A stretch of 48,017 nucleotides of DNA from Gemmatimonadota bacterium (lineage in GTDB: Bacteria; Gemmatimonadota; Gemmatimonadetes; Gemmatimonadales; GWC2-71-9), in assembly GCA_036679645.1 (NCBI GenBank), contig JAZDCY010000071.1, positions 1-48,017 on the forward strand. Direction: 5' to 3'. Every line of letters begins with the position of its first letter. Position 1 is the first letter of the stretch. Made by a program: the position numbers and the translations under genes. The notes under the pieces are model-generated. The model did no database searches and was not told where the DNA came from. It saw only the letters and a program-made list of their open reading frames with translations. Positions 39,789 through 48,017 of this stretch are shown here, in pieces.

Positions 39789-41061
39789 CGTTTGTCACCA
39801 GTGCAAGGTCCCTAAAGAAGGCCGGGTAACTAACCGCGGGCGATGCCTTCTCCGAAAGGGTCACATCGGCCTTGCTGAGCGTCCCCAGCACCGCAAAGGA
39901 CATCGCCATCCGGTGGTCACCTGCCGTTTCGACACGTCCCCGCGGGCTGGGGGCGCTCCCGCCCCTGCTCCCGCCCCCCTCGACGTATAGGTCCTCGCCG
40001 TCTACCTCAGCCGCTGCACCCACGGCTCGGAGGTTCGCGGCGAGCAGTGCCAGCCGATTGCTTTCCTTCACGCGCAACTCGCCGACCTCGCGGAACACGG
40101 TGGTGCCCTCAGCCCGGCTCGCAACAACAGCGAGGATCGGAACCTCGTCGACCAGGCGCGGAACCTCGCCGGCCAGGACCTCGGTGCCGTGCAGAGGGGC
40201 CGGTGCGACGCGCAGATCCGCCACAGGCTCGCCGCCCACCTCGCGCTCGCGCTCCCGTGTGACCAAAGCGCCCATGCGTGACAGAACATCCAGGAACCCC
40301 GTCCGTGTGGGATTGACACCGACGTCCTCGATCAGCAGATCGCCGGCATCTGCCAGCACCCCGCAGGCGACGAAGAATGCCGCGGAAGACGGATCACCCG
40401 GGACGTCGAGCGAGAACGCGGGCGGGCGCCGCAGATGCGGGCCGGGCGTGAACTCCACGGCGGTCCCAACGCACCGGATGTCATATCCCAGCGACGTCAG
40501 AAAACGCTCCGTGTGATCGCGTGACGTCCACGGCTCCTCGACGCGCACCGCCACGCCACTCACGAGCCCGGCGAGGAGCAGCGCGCTCTTGAGTTGGGCA
40601 CTTGCAACCGGGGCGCGGTAGTCGAGCGCAGTGAGCTTGCGGCCCTCTATTGTAAGAGGGAGCGTATCTCCACCCGAGATCCGTGCACCCATCAGCCGCA
40701 ACGGATCCGTCACGCGAGCCATCGGCCGCCCGCGTAGTGATCGGTCTCCGGTCAATCGCGCGCGGATAGGCTGCCCCGCGAGCGCGCCGAGTAGGAGTCG
40801 CGCTGCGGTACCCGAGTTGCCGCAATGCAGTGTGCTAGCGGGGTCGCGCCAGCGAGTACCCGTGAGTCGCACGCTGCGCCCGGATCGGACGGCCGAGATC
40901 TGAGCCCCCAGTTTCCGCAACGCGGCGGCCATGGCACGGGTGTCGTGTGCCGCCAACGCACCGCGTACTTCCACGGGGCCGGTAGCGAGTGCTCCAAGCA
41001 GCAGCGCGCGATGCGTGATGCTCTTGTCACCGGGCGGCCGCACGCGTCCCCGTACCCTCAT
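39778..41061 (-). CDS. aroA: EPSP synthase
   Basis: PGDKSITHR, CGNSGT, ASAQLKS, ELRVKESNR, DHRMAM. Confidence 0.96.
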   Translation of the reverse strand: MRVRGRVRPPGDKSITHRALLLGALATGPVEVRGALAAHDTRAMAAALRKLGAQISAVRSGRSVRLTGTRWRDPASTLHCGNSGTAARLLLGALAGQPIRARLTGDRSLRGRPMARVTDPLRLMGARISGGDTLPLTIEGRKLTALDYRAPVASAQLKSALLLAGLVSGVAVRVEEPWTSRDHTERFLTSLGYDIRCVGTAVEFTPGPHLRRPPAFSLDVPGDPSSAAFFVACGVLADAGDLLIEDVGVNPTRTGFLDVLSRMGALVTREREREVGGEPVADLRVAPAPLHGTEVLAGEVPRLVDEVPILAVVASRAEGTTVFREVGELRVKESNRLALLAANLRAVGAAAEVDGEDLYVEGGGSRGGSAPSPRGRVETAGDHRMAMSFAVLGTLSKADVTLSEKASPAVSYPAFFRDLALVTNGVG

Positions 41062-41897
41062 TCGTCGAAACGACGGCGCCAACTAGCGCCCTGCTCGAGC
41101 CATGCGGCGAGCGCTTCCGGCCGGCCGTCGAGCAGTGCGCGTCGCAGACCGCCCACGCCGTCCTCGAACCCATCGAGGGCCGCGAGTACTGCGTCCCGGT
41201 TGAGTAGCAGCGTATCGCGCCACATCTCGACGCTGCTTGCGGCGAGGCGGGTAGTGTCGCGGGCCCCGGTCCCGTAGGTGACACCACGCGGGCCGTGTTT
41301 GGCCAAGCTCACCGCGAGCGCCGAGGCGACCACCTGGGGAAGGTGGCTCGTCCAGGCCAGCAGCTCGTCGTGCGCATCCGGCTCGACGACCACCGGATCT
41401 GCCTCGAGCACCGACTTCCAGAAATCGGCGATCTCGCGTGAGGGAGCCGGTGCGTCAGCGACGGGGGTGACATAGACCAATGCGTCCACGAACCGGTCGG
41501 GACGCGCGGCGGCGAATCCGTGCTCATGCGTCCCGACGAACGGATGTGATCCGGCGAACCGCTGCGCCAGTCCCGCCGCGCGGGCCGCCCGCGCGATCGG
41601 TATCTTGACCGACGACACGTCGGTGATCAGGGCGGTGGCCGACATAGCCCCGAACTCCCTAATGATCTGGGTCGTTGCGGCGGGTGGCGCGGCGATCACG
41701 ACGAGATCGGCGCGCTCCGCCACGAACGCCGCCGATGGTGCCACGTCTGTGATGGCACCCGCACGAGCCGCTCGCGCAGCTTCCTTGGGCTCGGGCGAGT
41801 AGCCGACCACTCGTGGCACGCCTGCGCGCGCAGCCTGCCACGCGACCGAGCCACCGATGGCGCCAAGACCGACGACGCCGAGCACATCGGGACGCAT
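41058..41897 (-). CDS. tyrA: Prephenate dehydrogenase
   Basis: GLGAIGGS, DVSSVK, HPFVG, HD...AWTSHLP, RDTTRLA. Confidence 0.9.
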   Translation of the reverse strand: MRPDVLGVVGLGAIGGSVAWQAARAGVPRVVGYSPEPKEAARAARAGAITDVAPSAAFVAERADLVVIAAPPAATTQIIREFGAMSATALITDVSSVKIPIARAARAAGLAQRFAGSHPFVGTHEHGFAAARPDRFVDALVYVTPVADAPAPSREIADFWKSVLEADPVVVEPDAHDELLAWTSHLPQVVASALAVSLAKHGPRGVTYGTGARDTTRLAASSVEMWRDTLLLNRDAVLAALDGFEDGVGGLRRALLDGRPEALAAWLEQGASWRRRFDE

Positions 41898-41908
41898 GAG
41901 TGAAGATA

Positions 41909-41960
41909 GACGCTCAGGTGCTCGGACGCTCAGGTGCTCAGGTGCTCAGGTGCTCAGACG
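41909..41960. repeat. Octamer tandem repeat, ~6.5 copies of GGTGCTCA/GACGCTCA
   Basis: gacgctca ggtgctcg gacgctca ggtgctca ggtgctca ggtgctca gacg. Confidence 0.9.
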
Positions 41961-41961
41961 G

Positions 41962-43343
41962 CTAGAGGAGAGATCCGGCGGCGAGGCGGCGGGCGGCGTC
42001 GCGGTCGAGCTTCCCCCGTGGCGTGAGCGGCAGCGCATCGACGAACACGATGTGCTTGGGCCGTTTGGCGGGAGCAAGCCGCTCGCGCACATGGGCGTCC
42101 AGCATGTCGTGGTCTACGGCGCTAGTCGCGCGCGCGACGACGAGCGCGGTAACCGTCTCACCCCACTCGGCATCGGCAACCCCGAACACTGCTGCGTCGT
42201 CGACACCGGGATGCACCTGCAGTGCGCGCTCCACTTCGAGCGGATCGACGTTCACACCGCCGCTCACGATGCGCGCCGCGAGCCGTCCAGTAATCCATAG
42301 GTGTCCGTCGTCGTCCAACTCGCCGAGGTCTCCGGTGTGGAGCCACCCGTCGCGCCTGTTATTGTCGGCTTCATTGACGTAGCCGCGCGTCACCGTCGGG
42401 CCACGTACCAGGATCTCCCCGACGGGTGACGTTGTAACCTCGACGGAGTCGAGCGGGGAGCCGACGCATCCCGGTTTCTTGCGCACCAGCGCGGGCGTGG
42501 CGGTCGCGACCTGGGAGGTTGCCTCGGTTAGTCCGTAGGTGAGGGCGATGGGGTACCCTCGATCCAGCGCCTCGTGCAGCAACGTGGGCGACACCGCCGC
42601 GCCCCCGATCAGCAGTGCGCGGAGTGAATCGGGAGGGGAATCCGGTTGCAGTGCGAGCAGCCGGCGGAGCATCGTGGGTACCAGCGAAGCGTGGGTTATG
42701 GTGCGGTCCGCGATGCGGGCCGCGAGTTCATCACCGTCGAACGCGCCCGCGGCATATACAGTTGCCCCGTACATGGCGGCCCGAAGGACCAGCGCCATAC
42801 CTCCGACGTGCGCCAGCGACAGCGCCGCATACCACGAATCCCCACGGCGCAGTTCCAGACGCGCGACAGCCCCAGCCGCAGCGGCGCGGAGGTTTCCCCA
42901 CGTGAGGCGCACGCCACGTGGGCTTCCTTCGGTACCGGACGTCCAGAGAATTGAGTGGAGATCGTTGTCTAGGAGATGTGCATCGTGTGGCGCGCCAGCC
43001 GTCGCCGTCAGTTCATCCGGCGTTACTACGGGGACAGATGTATCACCTATCGCCTCCGCCTTTCCAATTCCGACCAGCAAGAGGCGGGGGTCCACGAGGG
43101 ATGAAGCGGGACGATGACGGCTCCTACGCGGGCGAGAGCGTGCACCCAGATCACTCCGTCTGCATCGCCTGGTAGCAGCGCCGCCACCCGATCGCCACGT
43201 TGCACACCCCAGCCAGCCAGTTGCCGGGCGCGTTGCTCGACCACCGCATCGAGTTCAGCGTAGGTGAGCGCCGTCTCAGGACCAATGACGGCAGGGGTCT
43301 GCGGGCTCGCTGCGGCGGTTGCCGCGACGGCGTCGGCTGTCAC
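41962..43343 (-). pseudogene. menE: o-succinylbenzoate--CoA ligase, frameshifted near 43090
   Basis: N-terminal frame ...VPLHPSWT and C-terminal frame VDPRLLLV...TSGTEGSPRG, YGLTE, TGDLG, SGGVNV differ. GTG start overlaps the menA TAG. Confidence 0.85.
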
Positions 43344-44202
43344 TAGAACACCACGCCGATCGCGAACGCGAGTCCGTAGACGCCGACGAACCTCGCGGTC
43401 TCGGCGAGTGCGGGGTTCAACGTGCGTGGATCGGCGAATGTCATGACGCGTCGCACGGCGTCCGTACCGAAGGCAAACGCCAGTAGTGCGAACAGAACGG
43501 TCGGAGGCCATGCGCGCCACCCAACAGCAACAGGAACACGTATTCCAAGCGCGTAGCACGAACACCGATTCGCACGGCAAGCGTGCGCTTGCCTGCCGCG
43601 CGGTCTGTCGGGATGTCTCTCAGATTGTTGACCACGAGAATAGCAGTGACCAGCGCGCCAATTCCAGCACCCGCCAGCAGCGTTCCGGGCGTGATGGTCC
43701 CAGCCTGTACGAAGTACGTTCCGGCAACAGCGACCGGACCGAAAAACACGAAGGTGAAGAGATCTCCGAGACCGACGTAGCCTATCGGCAGCGGTCCCGC
43801 CGTGTAGCCGACTCCCGCAGCAACGGCCGCGACGCCAACAAGCAAGATGGGCCACCCTCCCTGCCCCACGAGGTACACGCCGACCAGGACAGCTGCCGCA
43901 AACACCACCCACATGCCTCGCTTAACCGTTGCAGGCGGCACCAACCCGCTCTGCGTCACACGGGGCGTTCCGATCCGGTCGGCGGTGTCCGCGCCCTTTA
44001 CGAAGTCGTAGTAGTCGTTCGCGATATTGGTGCCGATCTGGATGAGGAGTCCTCCGGCCAACGCGGCCACTGCCGGCCCCCATCGGAACACCCCATCGGC
44101 GTATGCGAGTGCCGCCCCCATCAGGACGGGAGCGGCAATGGCGTACAGCGTGCGCGGACGCGCGGCGTGCACCCAGGCACGCGTGGTGGTCAGGGCAGCC
44201 AC
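43343..44202 (-). pseudogene. menA: DHNA prenyltransferase, frameshifted near 43520
   Basis: AARPRTL, NIANDYYD, VVNNLRD..TD...GKRTLAV. The C-terminal LNPALAETA segment lies in another frame. Confidence 0.85.
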
Positions 44203-45026
44203 GGATACTTGCGAAAGTCCGGCGGCCGCTTCTCGAGGAACGCGTTGCGGCCTTCCTGTCCCTCTTCGGACATATAGAAGAGCAACGTTGCGTTCCCAGC
44301 AAGCTCCTGGAGTCCGACTTGCCCGTCGCAATCTGCGTTGAACGCGGCTTTCAGGCACCTGATGGCAAGGGGACTCTTCGCGAGGATCTCCTGAGCCCAT
44401 GCTACGCCCTCGTGCTCGAGCTGATCGACGGGAACGACCTTGTTGACCAGACCCATGGCTTCCGCCTCGCTGGCATCGTATTGCCGGCAGAGATACCAGA
44501 TCTCGCGCGCCTTCTTCTGCCCTACGATGCGCGCCAGGTACGCCGATCCGAATCCTCCGTCAAAACTGCCGACCTGTGGTCCGGTCTGCCCAAAGACGGC
44601 GTTGTCCGCGGCAATCGTCAGATCGCACACCACATGGAGTACGTGGCCACCCCCGATCGCGTAGCCGGCGACGAGCGCGATCACCGGTTTGGGGATGCTT
44701 CGGATCAGGCGTTGCAGCTCGAGCACGTTGAGTCGCGGGACGCCGTCCTTGCCGACGTAGCCAGCGCTCCCCCGCACCCGTTGATCGCCGCCGCTGCAAA
44801 AGGCCCATTTCCCGTCCGCCGCCGGCCCATTTCCGGTGAATAAGACGACGCCGATGGTCGGGTCCTCGCGCGCGTTCGTGAACGCATCGAGCAGCTCGAA
44901 GAGAGTCTCGGGCCGAAAGGCGTTGCGCACCTCCGGTCGGTTGAACGCAATTCGTGCTATACCATCCGCTTTGTGGAAAGTGATATCGTCGTATTCCTTC
45001 GCGACCTGCCAAGCCACGTTGGTCAT
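44190..45026 (-). CDS. menB: 1,4-dihydroxy-2-naphthoyl-CoA synthase
   Basis: [30 protein letters not shown]; intact. Confidence 0.96.
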   Translation of the reverse strand: MTNVAWQVAKEYDDITFHKADGIARIAFNRPEVRNAFRPETLFELLDAFTNAREDPTIGVVLFTGNGPAADGKWAFCSGGDQRVRGSAGYVGKDGVPRLNVLELQRLIRSIPKPVIALVAGYAIGGGHVLHVVCDLTIAADNAVFGQTGPQVGSFDGGFGSAYLARIVGQKKAREIWYLCRQYDASEAEAMGLVNKVVPVDQLEHEGVAWAQEILAKSPLAIRCLKAAFNADCDGQVGLQELAGNATLLFYMSEEGQEGRNAFLEKRPPDFRKYPWLP

Positions 45027-46801
45027 TGCTGGGTATCTCCTGCATGAAGTGTCGCGCGGACGGCCACGGCCACCGCGTGCAGATCCTGCTCCCGCTGTCG
45101 CAACGCGCGCTTTCGGTCGCTACGTATCTCGATGATCGCAGGTGCTTCGCTTTCCAGCGCGGCCCGAACCTCGCCGGCGACATCACCGTGCACATCGATG
45201 AGCCGATGGGGAAGTTCGAAGAGAGCCGCGGCGCGCGCCAACTCCAAACCGTGCGGAACCACGATGTGTCGCGTGAACGTCGGTTCGAACGCTCGTACGG
45301 GCAACGTGTCGAAGATCCCGCCACCATCGTTGTTGACGACTACGAGCACGAGCGGTGGCCGGTGCTGGCGAAGGGCAAATAGGCCCCCCAGATCGTGAAG
45401 GAAAGACAGGTCACCCACCAAGGCGACCGTGGGTCTATTGGTGCCCACGGCGACACCCGCGGCCGTGCTCACGAGACCGTCGATTCCGCTGGCTCCCCGG
45501 TTGCCGATCACGTGTAGGGCCGCATCGCGTGCCGCTGCGTAGCGATCCAGATCGCGGATCGGCATGCTGTTGCCTACCACGAAGGGTGTCCCGGCTGCGA
45601 GTGTCGCGGCAAGGCGGCCGGCAACGTGCGCCTCATCCGGCATCTCCCGGCTGCCGGCGGCGAGCACGTCACGCGCGCAGCAGTCGATTTCCTGCCAGCG
45701 CTGGCGCCACGACTCTGCGCCGCCCGACCAGTGGCCCCGGCTAGCCACTTCGGTCGCCACGCGTGCGGGGTTGGCGTGGACATATTCGGTCGCGAGGGCA
45801 AGGTGATCGGCCCAGCGGTGTCCATCGTCCACCACGACGTGGGGGACTCCCGCGTGGTGTTCGAGAAACGCCGCGAGCCGACTCGACGTGGGCGTCGTGC
45901 CGAATCGGACGATCAGGTCGGGCACGAGCTGGTTCTGGCATTCGGACAGCCCCAGATAAGCGTCATACGCGGACAGACTGGACGCCGAGGCACCGGGAAC
46001 GAAGCGTGCGCCCGATAGCGGATCGGCCAAGAGCGGCATAGCGGCGCTCTTCGCGAGTCTGACCACTGCAGGGCCAGTGGCGGATGGATCGGTTGCGGGA
46101 CCGGCGATCAAGAGCGCGCGTTGGGCGCGACTGAGATGCTCGGCGAGCGCGTCCAGTGCCGCCGCATCGACGAGGGATTGCGTCCGGTGGACGATCGTGC
46201 TGGCGTCACGGCGCCCCGGCGCGTCGGGCGCACGCGTTTCTTCCCCGATCGGCTCGAGTGGTTTCGCAAACGGAAAATTGACGTGCACGGGACCCGCTGG
46301 TGGACCGTCCGCGGCGGCGAGCGCTCGGGCGGCAAGGGCGCGATGCGCCCGCAGACGGTCGTCGTCCAACTGCGGCGGCCCCGCATCGAAAAAGGCGCGC
46401 GTGTAGTCGCCGTAGAGTCGCTGCTGGTCGATGGTCTGATTCGCGTCCGTTAGCCGCAGGTGTCCCGGCCGGTCGGCCGTAAGCACCAGCAGCGCTGTAC
46501 AACCCAGCGCGGCCTCGATGACAGCCGGATACAAATTTGCGGTTGCGGTGCCAGAAGTCGTGAGCACCGCCGGGATACGCCCGGAGCCCTTGGACAGGCC
46601 CAGCGCAAAGAAGGCCGCCGCGCGCTCATCGATGTGCGTGTAGAGGCACAGCTCGGATCTTGCCGCGCACGCGAGCACGAGAGGAATCGACCGCCCCCCG
46701 GGAGCGAGTACGATATCGCGCACGCCGGCCCGCACGAGCTCGTCGACGAACGCTTCTGCCCAAACGGTGTTGGGATTGGGGCGGTGACGAGGGCCGTTCA
46801 C
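45023..46801 (-). CDS. menD: SEPHCHC synthase
   Basis: [50 protein letters not shown] start overlaps the menF stop. Confidence 0.93.
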   Translation of the reverse strand: MNGPRHRPNPNTVWAEAFVDELVRAGVRDIVLAPGGRSIPLVLACAARSELCLYTHIDERAAAFFALGLSKGSGRIPAVLTTSGTATANLYPAVIEAALGCTALLVLTADRPGHLRLTDANQTIDQQRLYGDYTRAFFDAGPPQLDDDRLRAHRALAARALAAADGPPAGPVHVNFPFAKPLEPIGEETRAPDAPGRRDASTIVHRTQSLVDAAALDALAEHLSRAQRALLIAGPATDPSATGPAVVRLAKSAAMPLLADPLSGARFVPGASASSLSAYDAYLGLSECQNQLVPDLIVRFGTTPTSSRLAAFLEHHAGVPHVVVDDGHRWADHLALATEYVHANPARVATEVASRGHWSGGAESWRQRWQEIDCCARDVLAAGSREMPDEAHVAGRLAATLAAGTPFVVGNSMPIRDLDRYAAARDAALHVIGNRGASGIDGLVSTAAGVAVGTNRPTVALVGDLSFLHDLGGLFALRQHRPPLVLVVVNNDGGGIFDTLPVRAFEPTFTRHIVVPHGLELARAAALFELPHRLIDVHGDVAGEVRAALESEAPAIIEIRSDRKRALRQREQDLHAVAVAVRATLHAGDTQQ

Positions 46802-48010
46802 TTCACAGACGGCGCCTGGAGGGCATGAAGCATGGGCTCTAACTTGATGCTGGTCTCCTCCCACTCACGGTCCGCGTCGGAACCGACGACAATACCGGAG
46901 CCGGCATAGAGGCGCCACCGGCCCCGGTGTAGCACACCGGAGCGGAGCGCGGGAGCGAACGTCCCGTCACCGCGACCGTCGAACCAGCCCACCGGTCCCG
47001 CGTACCATCCACGCTCGAAACCCTCGAGTTGCATCAGATATGCCCGCGCCCGTTCGCGCGGGGAGCCACAGACGGCGGCGGTGGGGTGCAGCGCCTCCAG
47101 GATTTCGAGCACGTGTTTCCCCGGGGCGACGGACGTCGATATACGTGTTTCGAGATGCTGTATCCGCGCAAGCCGGAGTACATGGGGCGCGGCTTCAACG
47201 TCGACATCTCTCGCGAACCGCGATAACCGACTCATGGTCTCCTGGACCCCAATGGCGTGTTCGGCCCGATCCTTCGAGCTGTCGAGCAGTTGCCTCGCCA
47301 ACCGCTCGTCTTCGTCCGGAGTCTGACCGCGCCCGATCGAGCCCGCGACTGCTGTCGTACGAAATCGCTCGCCCTCGAGCACGACGACCACCTCTGGAGC
47401 CGCGCCGATCACGACCACCCCAGGCGATGGCTCGAAGTAGAAGACGGTACTCGCCGGATTCTCCCGGCGTAGGCGCCGGAGAACGAGAAGCGGGTCGGCA
47501 TTGGTGGAAAGATCCAGCGTGCGGGCCAACACGACCTTGATCACGTCGTGTTCGCGAATGGCCTGCAAGATCGCCTCGATGCCGGATGTCCATACCGATC
47601 GGTCGGTGCCAGCCACCGCATCCGTGCGGGCGGAAGGCGGACGCGGCGCTCCCCCAGCCGTCCGCATCCGGTGCAGCACGCTCTCTCGTTGACGGGTTGC
47701 GGATTCGGCGGTTGCACCGCGGCTCACGCACGAGCAACCAGCTTCGTCTGAACGCGAAGCCTCCATACAACCGGTCATCGGGTGCGGCCAGCACGCGGTC
47801 TGCGACGCGGCGCATTTCTCGGAAGCGATCCTGCCCTCCACCAGCGCGCACGACCGCCGCCGCCCCGGCGAACGCCGTCCATGCGCCACCGTGCGACCAG
47901 AAACCACGCGGCGTCTCCTGGGCGGCGGCAAGGAAGTCCTCGGGGTCCGCTTCGTGGGCGTCCTGGATTGTGGTGACGTACCGGGTGTTGGTGCGCGCGG
48001 CGTCGCTCAT
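46798..48010 (-). pseudogene. menF: Isochorismate synthase, frameshifted near 47720 with a probable deletion after GGFAFR
   Basis: N-terminal frame ends ...LYGGFAFRRSWLLVRE. The C-terminal frame has KVVLAR, GAAPE, KDRAEH, LHPTAAVCG, ERGWYAG and AGSGIV. Confidence 0.85.
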
Positions 48011-48017
48011 CGGGGGC

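Noticed and set aside
41909..41960. Repeat tract as a CRISPR array
   Set aside because: 8-nt units with no spacers, and no cas genes in the window.

Overview
GC-rich bacterial chromosome segment, probably Gemmatimonadota (inferred from the tmRNA tag ANTDLALAA, the archaeal/eukaryote-type ProRS and the gene order). It is mostly core genes on the minus strand. In transcription order (right to left): menF-menD-menB-menA-menE, tyrA-aroA-cmk, rpsA, acyl-CoA carboxylase subunits, rplM-rpsI-rpsB-tsf-pyrH-frr-cdsA-dxr-rseP, rpsO-pnp-M16 peptidase-ald, mreBCD-mrdA-rodA, accD-folC-hisS-lipoprotein-proS-lysA remnant-guaA, dusB-larB-GGDEF-ssrA. I found no clear intact novel multi-gene system. The most notable signals are: (1) an integrase-less ~1.5 kb relic islet at the tmRNA 3' end, bounded by a 24/26-nt att duplication and carrying a collapsed type I R-M (HsdM N-terminus) / Schlafen AlbA_2 remnant plus a pilin-like gene; (2) an alkyltransferase-like gene followed in the same frame, across one TAG and with no canonical start, by a YcaQ-type crosslink glycosylase; (3) internal deletions or frameshifts only in dispensable genes (lysA with its catalytic barrel removed in frame, M16 peptidase, menE, menA, menF), while essential genes are intact; (4) a CTG-start folC, likely leaderless genes, a palindromic operator and short G-rich repeat families. 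All protein family calls come from motif recognition by eye, not from database searches.
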